Positions 46,830 to 57,534 of a stretch of DNA of 64,000 nt are shown piece after piece. The position numbers and the translations under genes are program-made. Position 1 is the stretch's first letter. The number at the start of each line of letters is the position of its first letter. The notes under the pieces were generated by a model. The model saw only the letters and a list, made by a program, of their open reading frames with translations, was not told the origin of the DNA and searched no databases. The stretch is from assembly GCA_963772835.1 (NCBI GenBank), contig CAVYYZ010000008.1, positions 256,001 to 320,000 on the forward strand, read 5' to 3'. The stretch is from an uncultured delta proteobacterium (GTDB lineage Bacteria > Desulfobacterota > Desulfuromonadia > Geobacterales > Pseudopelobacteraceae).

Positions 46830-49052
46830 TCACAGTGTTTTTTCGATCCGTTTCAACAACAGAGAATTGAGCACAACCGAGACCGATGAAAAGGCCATCG
46901 CCAGGCCGGCATATTCCGGTTTCAAATATATGCCGTAACGGTACAGGAGACCGGCAGCAACCGGTATGCCGAGAATATTGTAGAAGAGAGCCCAGAACAG
47001 GTTCTGTTTGACTTTAGTAAGAGTCGCACGACCGATCTTTATCGCCCGCACTGCGTCCGTCAAATCACTTCGCATCAGGACAATGTCGCCGGTCTCTTTG
47101 GCAACATCAGTGCCTCCGCCGATGGCGATCCCTATCTGCGCCTGGGCAAGAGCGGGGGCATCGTTGATCCCGTCTCCAACCATCCCGACGGTCATTCCTC
47201 GAGCCTGGTATTCTTTGACTACATCCCGTTTTCGCTCCGGCATCACTTCAGCTTCAAAAGAGTCAACCCCTGCCTGATTCGCAACAATTGAGGCAACATA
47301 CGCGTGATCGCCGGTAATCATGCAGGTAGATATGCCCATGCGTCGCAGCTCGGCGACAGCTTTTATAGAACCCGGCCTCAGAGTGTCTGCAAAAGCCGCG
47401 ACACCAACCAGAGCGTTTCCGGCGGCTACATAGACCAGCGATTTTCCCGCCGCACTCAATTCGGAGACTCTCTTTGCCAGTGGCGACAGAGCAATTCCGA
47501 GTTCTCCCATGAGCCGTTCGTTGCCGACGGCCAGCTGAAATCCTTCATACCGGCAGGTTATTCCCAATCCGCCCCGCTCCTGGAACTCTTCACCCTGACC
47601 CGGTTCGATCCCCGCTTCCCGAGCCGCTGCAAGCGCTGCCTGGGCCAGCGGATGGGTCGAATATGCTTCGGCAGTAGCCAGACATTCGAGCAGTTTGGTC
47701 GGGTCGACGCTTCGCGTGACGGTCACCAGGTCGGTCATTTCCGGCGTTCCCCAGGTCAGGGTGCCGGTTTTGTCGAGAAGTAGAACGTTCAGCCGGGAGA
47801 TCGTCTCGAGTGCTGAGCCTTTTTTTACCAGAATTCCGCGGCCAAGTGCAATACCGCTCCCGACCATGATGGCGGTCGGAGTAGCGAGCCCCATTGCGCA
47901 CGGGCAGGCAATAACCAGTACGGCGATCGAAAAACGGAAGGCGGTCAGAAAGTCGCTGGAATAAATGACGTACCAGATTGCAAATGTTGCAGCAGCTAGA
48001 AGGATCACTATTGGGACGAACCAGGCCGAGACTGTGTCGGCAAACTTTTGAATGGGAGCCTTATCTCCCTGTGCCTCTCGTACCATCTTGATGATTTGCG
48101 CCAGTAGGGTTGCCTCGCCGATCCGGGTTGCCCGGATCCGCATTACGCCATTGGTGCTGATGGTGGCCCCGGAAACGAGATCGCCCGGTTTTTTAAGGAC
48201 CGGAAGTGACTCGCCAGTGACCATGCTCTCATTGACAGCACCCCCTCCCTCGATAACTTCACCATCTATCGGAATGACATCCCCGGCACGGACCAGAACG
48301 ACGTCGCCGACACGGATAACAGATACAGGTACTTCCATCTCTCCGTTTTCAGTGACCAGGAGAGCCTTGTCAGCCTGGAGGTGGAGCAGCTTTTTGAGAG
48401 CCTCGCTTGCTTTGCCCCGGGCACGGGCCTCAAGATATTTTCCGAGGCGGATAAATGCAATCAGCATGGCCGATGTTTCGAAGAAAACTTCGCGATGCTG
48501 ACCGAGAAGCCCGAAATAGGCACCCAGCGAATAAAAATATGCGGCTGATGTGCCCAGAGCTACCAGTACATCCATGTTGGTACTGCGGTTTTTAAGGGCA
48601 CTCCACGCACCGCGATAGAAGATCAGGCCGGCGGAAAACTGCACCGCTGTAGCAAGGAGCAGATTGAGCTGCATGACGGCTCGATTGGAGTGTAAACCCA
48701 TCGTAAGCATGATCGGGAGAGAGGCGAGCAGGGAAAAAACAAACCAGTTCCGCTGGGAGTGGAGGTCGTCGTCATGTGCAGTTTCAGCGATTTTCAGTTC
48801 TACAGGGGTGTAGCCGGCGGCATGTACGATGCTGAAGATCCCGGCGCGGTCAAGCTGTTGCGGATCAAAACTGACAAAGCCGGTTTCTGCCGCCAGATTC
48901 ACGATTGCAGTGGTAATTGCAGGATGTACAAGCAGCTTTTTTTCGAGGGTGTTGACGCAGGACGCACAATGTAATCCCCGCACCCCGAAAGTCAGTTCGC
49001 CGGTCGTCTCGGACCGAACGATGAGATTGTTATCGTTATCTGAAGTCGCCAT
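46830..49052 (-). CDS. copA: Cu(I)-translocating P1B-type ATPase
   Basis: HMA HCASC, TGES, CPC, DKTGTLT, GDGIND, YN and MAFSS motifs. Confidence 0.93.
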   Translation of the reverse strand: MATSDNDNNLIVRSETTGELTFGVRGLHCASCVNTLEKKLLVHPAITTAIVNLAAETGFVSFDPQQLDRAGIFSIVHAAGYTPVELKIAETAHDDDLHSQRNWFVFSLLASLPIMLTMGLHSNRAVMQLNLLLATAVQFSAGLIFYRGAWSALKNRSTNMDVLVALGTSAAYFYSLGAYFGLLGQHREVFFETSAMLIAFIRLGKYLEARARGKASEALKKLLHLQADKALLVTENGEMEVPVSVIRVGDVVLVRAGDVIPIDGEVIEGGGAVNESMVTGESLPVLKKPGDLVSGATISTNGVMRIRATRIGEATLLAQIIKMVREAQGDKAPIQKFADTVSAWFVPIVILLAAATFAIWYVIYSSDFLTAFRFSIAVLVIACPCAMGLATPTAIMVGSGIALGRGILVKKGSALETISRLNVLLLDKTGTLTWGTPEMTDLVTVTRSVDPTKLLECLATAEAYSTHPLAQAALAAAREAGIEPGQGEEFQERGGLGITCRYEGFQLAVGNERLMGELGIALSPLAKRVSELSAAGKSLVYVAAGNALVGVAAFADTLRPGSIKAVAELRRMGISTCMITGDHAYVASIVANQAGVDSFEAEVMPERKRDVVKEYQARGMTVGMVGDGINDAPALAQAQIGIAIGGGTDVAKETGDIVLMRSDLTDAVRAIKIGRATLTKVKQNLFWALFYNILGIPVAAGLLYRYGIYLKPEYAGLAMAFSSVSVVLNSLLLKRIEKTL

Positions 49053-50091
49053 GCACGAAATGTCCCCAGGTGATTTTTATTGCTGATGCGATGGGGAGTG
49101 CCAGAAGGATGCCCCAGAACCCGAGCGTTTCTCCGAGAGCCATGACCATGATAATGGTTACCAGCGGGTTCAGGTTCATCGACTCATTGAATACCAGTGG
49201 TTTTATGACATACCCTTCGACAAAGTAGATCAGAGCAAAAGCAAACCCTGTCTGGCCGAGCATGGCCGCAGACTGAAATTTGAACCACGCAAAAAAGAGT
49301 GCCGGCAGAGTCGCAATAATTACACCAATGAACGGCAGGATAGAGGCTGCGCCCGCAAATAGGCCGCAGAAGATCGGATGGGGAATCCCGAGTGTAAACA
49401 GAGCGATCATTGCAAACAGCGCGACAATGATGGAAACCACCACCTGCCCGCGCAGATAACCGCCGATACTTTTGTTTACCTCACGGGCAATATCGACTAT
49501 TTGGTTGCGCCTGCCTTCGGGAAGCCAGGAGACCATGGTATTGATGACGGTCTTCTTGTAGTACAGCATGAAGAAAACCAGAATCGGTGAGAGTACAATA
49601 TTGAAGAGATTGAAAAAGATACTGGTCCCGAAGTTGTAAGCCCATGAGCCGGCCTTGTCAGCCGCTTTGTCAATGTTGCCCGTCGCTTTATCTATGAGCC
49701 ACTGAATTTCTTCGGAGCCATAATGGTCGGGCAGATAATATTTCCATTCAAGAGCGGACCGTTTAATTTCCTGAATATATGTGGGAAGTTCGTGGATGAA
49801 AGCGTTCCAGCTGAGCGTAAGTGCAGGCACGATGAATGTCAGAAAAAAAACCGCCGATACCCCCAGGACAGCATACAGAAACCCCAGTGCATACACACGT
49901 TTTAGACCGCGTCGCTCGACTCCAACAATAATTGGATCCAGCAAATAGGCGATAACCCAGGAAAGCAGAAAACAGGAAATAGTGTGCTGCAATGCGTAGC
50001 CGGCCACGGCCAGCATGCAGAAAAGCAGTAACGTGGCAATTGATCTTCCGTAGTCATTGCGCGGCGTATGAGCGTGGTGAGTGTGCTCCAT
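49036..50091 (-). CDS. AI-2E family transporter with His-rich N-terminus
   Basis: AYLLDP, GGYLRGQ and GILLALP motifs; starts MEHTHHAH. Confidence 0.88.
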   Translation of the reverse strand: MEHTHHAHTPRNDYGRSIATLLLFCMLAVAGYALQHTISCFLLSWVIAYLLDPIIVGVERRGLKRVYALGFLYAVLGVSAVFFLTFIVPALTLSWNAFIHELPTYIQEIKRSALEWKYYLPDHYGSEEIQWLIDKATGNIDKAADKAGSWAYNFGTSIFFNLFNIVLSPILVFFMLYYKKTVINTMVSWLPEGRRNQIVDIAREVNKSIGGYLRGQVVVSIIVALFAMIALFTLGIPHPIFCGLFAGAASILPFIGVIIATLPALFFAWFKFQSAAMLGQTGFAFALIYFVEGYVIKPLVFNESMNLNPLVTIIMVMALGETLGFWGILLALPIASAIKITWGHFVHGDFR

Positions 50092-50099
50092 GTCCCCTC

Positions 50100-50558
50100 C
50101 TAGGCGTGACTCATATCCCGCTGCATAGTATCTGCCGTGAACAGGTTGTTTTCTTCCATCCAGCTTTTAAGGCGCCTGGAAATAAACTGATCCTTCAACA
50201 ATGCGAAACTCTCTTCCTCATGCGGATAAAATGAGAGGATGTCATCGATTTTTCCGTACGGTTTTCTGCCTGCCAGCAAGGTATAGAGAAGGTTTCTTAA
50301 TGCAGTATTGGAAATTTGAGCTACAAATTCCGAGGCAATCTGCCGTTCGCTGCGATAGTCGAACGGCGGGATTTCCAGAAAACGCTCGCCGTTGTTCTGG
50401 AGTTGTTTTCTAACTTCATTGTTGTCGAATGTGGAAGGAACAAAAAATATTTCACCGGTCAACCTGTCGAGATAGTAAGCTTTATCTGACTGTCCGCTGG
50501 TAAATGCACCGAGTAGGTCCTCCCAGGATATTTCAACACTGTGAACAGTTGCCATATA
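50100..50558 (-). CDS. UPF0158 family protein
   Basis: YYLDRLTGEI and RFLEIP motifs; GAGGAG RBS before ATG 50558. Confidence 0.75.
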   Translation of the reverse strand, partial: YMATVHSVEISWEDLLGAFTSGQSDKAYYLDRLTGEIFFVPSTFDNNEVRKQLQNNGERFLEIPPFDYRSERQIASEFVAQISNTALRNLLYTLLAGRKPYGKIDDILSFYPHEEESFALLKDQFISRRLKSWMEENNLFTADTMQRDMSHA

Positions 50559-50743
50559 TGTCTCCTCTTTCAATCCCATATCAAGGGGCAATAATCAGTT
50601 CGTGCGTTTTCGGTTTCTCAACGGTACAAACTATCGGATCTTTGTCGCTTCAACACTCACCGAATTGATCTTATCCCTGATATAACACAGAATTCCGTTC
50701 TTCTTATTGACTTTTTACAGGTGATCGAAGCACAATCCGCTCC

Positions 50744-51466
50744 ATGCGAGCAATTTTTATAGCAGATGCCCATCTGATGTCACCGGACGACGGTAACTAC
50801 CGTCTTCTTCTTAGTTTTCTACGCACGCTTGAGGGTGAGCTGGATACCCTCTATATTGTCGGGGACCTGTTTGACTTCTGGCTTGGGTTCCCGTCACATC
50901 CCCTGACACAATATGAACCCGTTCTTGATGCATTGGAGCGATTGGTTGTGCGTGGCTGCCGACTGGTATATTTCGAAGGGAATCACGATTTCCATCTGGG
51001 CACGATTTTTTCTCACCGCCTGAAAGCTGAAATCCATTCAGGGCCTGCCATTGAATGCCTTCAGGGCAAGCGCCTATTTATCTGCCACGGTGACCAGATC
51101 AACAAGGAAGATCACTATTACCGTCTGTTGAGATTCCTGCTGCGTACACGCATGGTCTCAGTCGGTGTCAGGCACTTTCCCCCGTCATGGGCTGAAAAAA
51201 TCAGGAAACGCCTGCAAAGACGCAGTCAAGCGGGTTACAGTTTCAAAACTGCCCGCTGGGATTACCATCAGATCATTCTGGATTTCGCCCGTTCTCTCCA
51301 ATGGGAGGAGTGTGACGGGCTGATAACCGGCCATTTCCACATTGCCTTTCACGAAACCGTTCCAGGGTCGGCTTTCTCCGTTTTGTCCCTCGGCGACTGG
51401 ATGGAAAAGTTCACCTATGGTGAAATGCTGGATGGAGAATTGCGGCTAATGTCTTACTCCGAATGA
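50744..51466 (+). CDS. lpxH: UDP-2,3-diacylglucosamine hydrolase
   Basis: IADAHL, GDLFDFW, GNHD, HGD, GHFH and LGDW metallophosphoesterase motifs. Confidence 0.85.
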   Translation: MRAIFIADAHLMSPDDGNYRLLLSFLRTLEGELDTLYIVGDLFDFWLGFPSHPLTQYEPVLDALERLVVRGCRLVYFEGNHDFHLGTIFSHRLKAEIHSGPAIECLQGKRLFICHGDQINKEDHYYRLLRFLLRTRMVSVGVRHFPPSWAEKIRKRLQRRSQAGYSFKTARWDYHQIILDFARSLQWEECDGLITGHFHIAFHETVPGSAFSVLSLGDWMEKFTYGEMLDGELRLMSYSE

Positions 51467-51524
51467 ATAAACACAGGGACGCCGTTCATATTCGTATCGC
51501 CGGACTGTAGCAAACCATTCGAAA

Positions 51525-52925
51525 TCACTGCTTGAAAAATTCTTCCAGTGCCTGTTCTCCCACCTGCGATGCTTTGATCTTCCATTTGTCCGGGTTGATA
51601 ACTAGAGCAACGAGCGCGATGCGGGGATTCTGTATCGGTGCAAAGGCCGCAAACCACGAGTAATGCCCCTTGGGGTCCGACCCGTTGATGGATCCCGTTT
51701 TGGCCGCTATCGCCACGTCAAGCATCGGCCGGCCGCGGCGGTCATGAAACGCTTTACGTGAAGTGCCCGTCAGCACGGTGCTGGAAAGCATTCGGGTAAG
51801 CGATGCTGATGTTTCCGGTGTGACCAGACGGCGCAATTCGCGAGGAGTAAAGGCCTCTTTTTCAATTCCCTGTCCATCCACAATGCTGCTGGTCAACCCG
51901 GGGACCATCATTTTGCCGCCATTTGCTATTGCCGACATGATCACCGCCGCGTGCAGCGGAGAAATTTTAACGTCATGGTCCAATCCGGCCCCCATCAGTC
52001 TCAGGGCATGTCGACTGTCCGGATCCCCGGTCTGGCTCGGTTTGGCCGGAATGCCCGGGAGCAGTTCCTGATTGAACCCAAAACGGGAAATGGATTCCAT
52101 AACTGCCGACTTGCCGGCAATATCGCTTGCAACTCGCCCGTAAACCGGATTGATGGACTTGCCCATTGCGTAGGTTACATTCATGCTGTTGTTTCTGCCG
52201 CGGGGGCTTGCATCCCAATAACGAGGGTTTTCTGAATAGGAGTTGCCACGGAATTCAATAACAGATTCAGGCGTGATTTTATGGCTTTCAAGTGCTGCTG
52301 CGGCTGTGATTATTTTGAACAAAGAGGCCATTGGATACAGTTCGTACACGGAGCTTTTCGCCCAGTCAGGATCGACCGATGAGTAGGCTGTCATACCTAA
52401 AATGCGTCCCGTTGCCGGCTCAATAGCGACAAAGACGCCATACGGCACTTTGTTTTTTGCCAGAAAATCATAGACTCTTCGCTGGAGGTCTCCCTGAATG
52501 GTATAGATATGCTGCAGCCCTTCTGTAGTCCGGGCAGAAAGGAGAGGGCCATTAACGTCGGCCGTTGCAAGCAGATCTCTGGCAGTTTCAAAGGGGCTGA
52601 CCGAACCGGGCGGCTTTGCCGCTTCGGCTGTTTCCGGTGTTACTGAGGAGAAGGATGCGACCCAGCTGCGGACATGCCCGGTGACTGTTCTGGTTTGTCG
52701 CAGCGCCAACGCTCCGAGCGGCGCTAGCACCAGGGTTATGGCAATAAACAGCAGCGCAAGCTTCAGTTGTTGCAGGCGCTTTCCCGTTGGAAGAGACAGT
52801 CCGGGACGAGCAGGGTTACCGGTTGATGCCAGGCGCCTGTTTTTTGAGCTGCCGCCGAATAGTCCCCGGCCGGTGGCTGCTTTTTTTTGAGATAAATGTT
52901 TGAGATCCTGCATGATGTCCCGCAA
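51525..52925 (-). CDS. Penicillin-binding transpeptidase-domain protein
   Basis: TM anchor with SLFK (SxxK), SIN (SxN) and KTG motifs. Start uncertain. Confidence 0.88.
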   Translation of the reverse strand: MRDIMQDLKHLSQKKAATGRGLFGGSSKNRRLASTGNPARPGLSLPTGKRLQQLKLALLFIAITLVLAPLGALALRQTRTVTGHVRSWVASFSSVTPETAEAAKPPGSVSPFETARDLLATADVNGPLLSARTTEGLQHIYTIQGDLQRRVYDFLAKNKVPYGVFVAIEPATGRILGMTAYSSVDPDWAKSSVYELYPMASLFKIITAAAALESHKITPESVIEFRGNSYSENPRYWDASPRGRNNSMNVTYAMGKSINPVYGRVASDIAGKSAVMESISRFGFNQELLPGIPAKPSQTGDPDSRHALRLMGAGLDHDVKISPLHAAVIMSAIANGGKMMVPGLTSSIVDGQGIEKEAFTPRELRRLVTPETSASLTRMLSSTVLTGTSRKAFHDRRGRPMLDVAIAAKTGSINGSDPKGHYSWFAAFAPIQNPRIALVALVINPDKWKIKASQVGEQALEEFFKQ

Positions 52926-53005
52926 AATGAGTTATTGTCGGACTATATCGTCAAGTCTCTGCTGTTGTCAACGAACCAAGCGATGAAGGATAATATAATC
53001 GTTAT

Positions 53006-54052
53006 TTAAGCCGGTTGCATCAACCAAAAGGAATTAATGCGGTTAATGAACGCAATCAGCAGTCCATAGTGATGATGGTCGAACAACAGGGAAACACGTG
53101 GCAGATTGACAAGATCGGGTTCATCGATCTCTTCCGGAAATGCTTCGCAACAGCGGATCTGATCTCCTTCTTTAATGAGTCCCGGAAATTCTGCGGTCAG
53201 TATCGCTATCTGTTCGTCTGAAAGCACCTTCTGCAGGCGGATAACCAATCGATTTTCAATGAAACGGAGCGAGTGATAGGTGCTGTAAAAGGTGTTGATT
53301 ACCTTGAGCGCCTCCTGCTCATTTTTCGTGACGGTAAACAGTGAAAAATCCTCTCCCGAGATGAACCCTTTTACCAGAAGACTCTCTTTGACGAAATCAA
53401 TAAAACGCTCCCAGTATCCATCTTGATCATCCATTAATATCAGTGGTTTGGGGGATGTTTTGCCGGTCTGAATCAGTGTGAATACTTCCATCGCCTCGTC
53501 CAGTGTTCCAAAACCTCCCGGGAAAACGACTATCGCATCAGTCTCTTTAACAAAAGCCACCTTACGATTGAAAAAATATTTATATGTTACCAGTCGTGGG
53601 TTGCGGTACATGATTGGATTAGGCCTCTGTTCGAACGGAAGCCGAATGTTTACGGCAAAGGAGTTTTCACTGCCGGCACCCTCATTGCCGGCCTGCATGA
53701 TGCCGGGACCTCCTCCCGTAATTACCATATAGTTGTTTTTTGCAAGGCTTCGACTGAAGCGAACACATTTCTTATACATTTCATCGGTCTCTTTGGTGCG
53801 GGCCGAGCCAAAAATTGTAACTTTCTTTCGATGACGATAGGGGCCGAAAACTTTTGCCGTATATCGCATTTCGCGAAGTGTGCGGTTGATTAGTTTCAGG
53901 TCTGCCAGATAGTCGACATCCTGCCCGATTTTAAGTGTCGCAAGTATCATTTCTTTAATTATTGCAGGATGGTGTATGCCGCCGGATTCTTCAATCAAAC
54001 GATTGATAATTTGGTCTATTGGTTCGTTGCTTCTCGAAAAACTCAATTCCAT
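53006..54052 (-). CDS. LOG family nucleotide phosphoribohydrolase (long form)
   Basis: FGSAR, TGGGPGIM, YFF.RK and PGGFGTLDE motifs. Confidence 0.9.
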   Translation of the reverse strand: MELSFSRSNEPIDQIINRLIEESGGIHHPAIIKEMILATLKIGQDVDYLADLKLINRTLREMRYTAKVFGPYRHRKKVTIFGSARTKETDEMYKKCVRFSRSLAKNNYMVITGGGPGIMQAGNEGAGSENSFAVNIRLPFEQRPNPIMYRNPRLVTYKYFFNRKVAFVKETDAIVVFPGGFGTLDEAMEVFTLIQTGKTSPKPLILMDDQDGYWERFIDFVKESLLVKGFISGEDFSLFTVTKNEQEALKVINTFYSTYHSLRFIENRLVIRLQKVLSDEQIAILTAEFPGLIKEGDQIRCCEAFPEEIDEPDLVNLPRVSLLFDHHHYGLLIAFINRINSFWLMQPA

Positions 54053-54268
54053 AATGTAAGCCTTTTCAATGGGTGCTGTAGCGTTTATATGAGCAAATTA
54101 CGGTACCACAGCCAACTTCGTAAAGCAAACTGCTGATTACTGTCACAATCATGGCATGCGCATCGAATAAGCTTGAAAGCATGAAGCAGGTTTGATATAA
54201 GGCAGGATATTTTGTTTTTACCGCTTAATCTGTAAAGAAACTATTTCCGACGGGCAGGGAGACAGGGC

Positions 54269-54760
54269 ATGTCCAATCCAACGCTGGTCATGTACGAAGA
54301 AGAGTTTAAGGAAGTCAACGATGTTATCGAACGTTTGCTGAAAGAAGCCAACGCAAAGGTAATTTTCCTGGTGGATAAAAATGGCCAACTCATCTCAGGT
54401 GTGGGAGAAACAGAGCGTTTTGATACAACATCACTCGCTTCTCTGACTGCCGGAAATATTGCTGCCACAGGCGGTCTTGCTAAACTTATCGGAGAAAAAG
54501 AATTCTCGATTCTCTTCCATGAAGGGGAGAAGGATAATCTCCATATTTCCATTGTTGGCGGCAGGGTTATTCTCGTTGTACTGTTCGACAACCGCTCTTC
54601 TCTCGGCCTTGTCCGTCTGCGTGTTAAGAAGTCATCCGAAGAACTTTCGGCCATTTTCGAAAAACTGATGAAAAAGTCGGAAGAACGTGAAAAACGCGGT
54701 TCTTCGGACTTTCCCTTCGCAGAAATCACCGATGACGACATCGACAACCTTTTCAGTTGA
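54269..54760 (+). CDS. mglB: Roadblock/LC7 protein MglB
   Basis: LVDKNGQLI, SLASLTAGNIAATGGLA, SLGLVRLR and EITDDDID motifs, as in myxobacterial MglB. Confidence 0.93.
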   Translation: MSNPTLVMYEEEFKEVNDVIERLLKEANAKVIFLVDKNGQLISGVGETERFDTTSLASLTAGNIAATGGLAKLIGEKEFSILFHEGEKDNLHISIVGGRVILVVLFDNRSSLGLVRLRVKKSSEELSAIFEKLMKKSEEREKRGSSDFPFAEITDDDIDNLFS

Positions 54761-54861
54761 AACTAATCGTTGGAATTTGCCGGGCGGCATGAACTGCATG
54801 TGTGAGTCAGATTCCGCCGAAATTATTTTTACGTACTAATTAAAAACGGGGAAAGCCAAAG

Positions 54862-55449
54862 ATGTCCTTCATCAACTATGCTTCTCGTGAAATAAATTGT
54901 AAAATAGTATATTACGGCCCCGGTCTCTGCGGAAAAACGACAAATCTTCAGTTTGTTTATCAAAAGACCGCTCCGGATGCCAAGGGTAAGATGATAAGCC
55001 TTGCCACAGAGACCGAACGGACGCTGTTTTTTGACTTTCTTCCTCTTTCCCTGGGAGAGATTCGTGGTTTTAAGACACGCTTTCATCTCTATACGGTTCC
55101 GGGGCAGGTTTTTTACGATGCATCCAGAAAACTGATCTTGAAAGGTGTCGACGGTGTTGTTTTTGTCGCCGACTCGCAGGAAGAGCGAATTGATGCTAAC
55201 ATTGAGTCGCTTGAGAATTTGAGGATAAATCTTAAGGAGCAAGGTTACGATTTGGATAAGCTCCCGTACATCATTCAGTACAACAAGCGGGATTTACCGG
55301 GTGCCATGACTGTGGAGGAATTGCGACAGGAGCTGAATCCTACAAATGTTCCCGAATTTGAGGCGTGTGCTACAACTGGAGAGGGGGTTTTCGAAACACT
55401 CAAGGCGGTTGCAAAGCTGATTCTTATAGATCTGAAAAGAGGAAAATAG
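54862..55449 (+). CDS. mglA: Small Ras-like GTPase MglA
   Basis: [27 protein letters not shown] and NKRD motifs. Confidence 0.96.
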   Translation: MSFINYASREINCKIVYYGPGLCGKTTNLQFVYQKTAPDAKGKMISLATETERTLFFDFLPLSLGEIRGFKTRFHLYTVPGQVFYDASRKLILKGVDGVVFVADSQEERIDANIESLENLRINLKEQGYDLDKLPYIIQYNKRDLPGAMTVEELRQELNPTNVPEFEACATTGEGVFETLKAVAKLILIDLKRGK

Positions 55450-55615
55450 CTTCCGTGCAATTACTGTATAACACACGCAGAAACTGACTAACGATAGAAC
55501 GAATGGCTGCATGACGAGCCGGAATATTTTTGTCCGGGTTTCTTTGGGCTTGATTTAATTTAAGGGGCGTGTTAGGTATCGCATCCCGCCGTTACGGAAG
55601 AATGTCTGTACACAC

Positions 55616-55708
55616 GGAGAGATGGCCGAGTAGGTCGAAGGCGCTCGCCTGCTAAGCGAGTATACTGGGAAACCGGTATCCAGGGTTCGAATCCCTGTCT
55701 CTCCGCCA
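55616..55708 (+). tRNA. tRNA-Ser (anticodon GCT)
   Basis: Acceptor stem GGAGAGA/TCTCTCC plus G-CCA, anticodon arm CTCGC-CTGCTAA-GCGAG, long variable arm, GTTCGAAT T-loop. Confidence 0.96.
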
Positions 55709-55728
55709 CTATTTTATCGGATAACTCA

Positions 55729-56223
55729 TTGATTTCTGCTCGAATAGTACAGTTGCTTATATGTTTATTTTTTTCGATATCTGTCCTGAGCGCTTGCCAG
55801 GAGGGTAACGAACAAACGCACGATAATCTCAAACTGAGTAAATCCCACCGGACTGTCAAAGAAAAAACGGTTATTGTTCCACCGGAGGTTGCGCATCGCT
55901 GGTCAGCGGTAAAGCTTGCGGTGATCGATAAAACCCGGGGGACAGAAAATATTTACGTCGTCCCTGTCGGGCATCCATTTACAATTCCCTCTTCTGGACT
56001 TACTATATCCGTGGAAGCTTTTCTTCCCGCCTTCTTAATGGAAGGCGCAAATATCACGACCTCTTCGATAGAGCTTATAAACCCGGGTGCGAAGGTTCGT
56101 ATCACGGAAAACGGCACGTTAATATTTCAAGGGTGGCTCTTCTCAAAATTTCCAAATACGCACGCTGTTACGCATCCCAAATTTGCATTCAGCCTCATTG
56201 GTGCCGTACCGGTGGTCAAGTAA
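55729..56223 (+). CDS. Lipoprotein, DUF2155-like
   Basis: Lipobox LSAC; C-terminal IFQGWLF..FP..H...HP motif. Confidence 0.7.
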   Translation: MISARIVQLLICLFFSISVLSACQEGNEQTHDNLKLSKSHRTVKEKTVIVPPEVAHRWSAVKLAVIDKTRGTENIYVVPVGHPFTIPSSGLTISVEAFLPAFLMEGANITTSSIELINPGAKVRITENGTLIFQGWLFSKFPNTHAVTHPKFAFSLIGAVPVVK

Positions 56224-56240
56224 CCCCTACCAACAATACG

Positions 56241-56693
56241 TTAACATGCACTATGAGGGATCCCGTTCCTCGCCAATTGGTCGCATCGTTCGTTTTCAAC
56301 ATGCCCTGCATGTCCCCGTACCCATTTCCAATGCACTGAATGTGGTTTTGTCAGGGCCAACAGCAGTTCCCACAGGTCTTTATTAACGACCGGTTCCTTC
56401 TTGCTGTTGCGCCATCCTTTCCGTTGCCATCCTGCAATCCATTCTGTCATGCCTTTAACCAGGTATTGTGAGTCGGTTGTTATCGATACCTGACAGGGGC
56501 GCTTTAGCTGGCGAAGTGCTTCAATAGCCGCCATCATTTCCATGCGATTGTTGGTTGTTTCCCCGGCACCGCCGCTCAATTCTTTTACTCTCCCACCGTA
56601 GCGCAGGATCGCCCCATAGCCACCCGGTCCCGGGTTGCCGCTGCAGGCACCATCGCAGAAAATTTCTATGATCTGGTCGTTACTTTCTTCCAC
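56241..56693 (-). CDS. rnhA: Ribonuclease HI
   Basis: [23 protein letters not shown] and WVRGHAG..ENE.CD motifs; GTG start chosen after GGAGG. Confidence 0.95.
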   Translation of the reverse strand: MEESNDQIIEIFCDGACSGNPGPGGYGAILRYGGRVKELSGGAGETTNNRMEMMAAIEALRQLKRPCQVSITTDSQYLVKGMTEWIAGWQRKGWRNSKKEPVVNKDLWELLLALTKPHSVHWKWVRGHAGHVENERCDQLARNGIPHSAC

Positions 56694-57333
56694 AATCAAA
56701 GCCTCCTTCTGTTAATAAAACCGCTATCGCCTTCATTACTCTGTCAACAATCAACAAGTGAGTTTCTTTGCTGTCTTCCAGCTGAAACAGATCGCTGAAA
56801 TCGAGAGCTGCCCCAAAAATCACCGCGGCGTCTTGGTGAAAACCTGGAAACTTCCAACCGTTCAGTCCGATCAGAGCAGTCGGGATGACGGTAGGGCGTG
56901 TGTCGTAAATGATTTTTCCAACGCCCCGGTTACCCGGCCCCAGTTTTCCGTCTTTATGCCGTGTCCCCTCTGGGAAAAGCATGACTTTCTGATCAAGGAG
57001 CAGGTCGTTTAAAAAACGACCGGCCCTGACATCACGTTTGCGTCTGACCGGAAAAGCGCCCCATGAAGTATAAATTAAGCGGAGTATTTTATTTCCGAAC
57101 AGTTCCTCTTTGGCGGGTGCCCAAAGCATCTGAAGGGGATTATATCTGATTACTGCCCAGGGAAGAAAGACGGTGTCATAGGCTGATATATGATTGGCAG
57201 CTATCAGGACAGAACCGCAATTCGGGATGTTGCCACTTCCTTTGATAACAAGCCTGTTCAGGAGTGATGCGTAGAACCCGACTACATATACGGAAAATGT
57301 AACCCAACAGCGTTGTAGAAGATGTGCCTTCAC
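56680..57333 (-). CDS. plsC: 1-acyl-sn-glycerol-3-phosphate acyltransferase family protein
   Basis: NHISAYD (HxxxxD) and FPEGTR motifs. Confidence 0.85.
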   Translation of the reverse strand: MKAHLLQRCWVTFSVYVVGFYASLLNRLVIKGSGNIPNCGSVLIAANHISAYDTVFLPWAVIRYNPLQMLWAPAKEELFGNKILRLIYTSWGAFPVRRKRDVRAGRFLNDLLLDQKVMLFPEGTRHKDGKLGPGNRGVGKIIYDTRPTVIPTALIGLNGWKFPGFHQDAAVIFGAALDFSDLFQLEDSKETHLLIVDRVMKAIAVLLTEGGFDCGRK

Positions 57334-57534
57334 GGTGCTCCTAAATAGGTTGGAATGATATACTGGCCATGCTGGCTTATAGCATAGCGCAGCATATCAG
57401 GCAACACCCGTCCTGATTGTTGAATAATACCTTGAAATCAGATTTGATGTGGTATAGGTACGATCATCGACTCAGTTGATGCACTGGTAGGCGCATGACC
57501 TGAGTCATACTATCCGGCCGGAGAACAAAGCAAT

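Noticed and set aside
55616..55708. tRNA-Ser as an integration site for a prophage or island
   Set aside because: No integrase nearby and no duplicated tRNA 3' end seen; the flanking genes are housekeeping-type.
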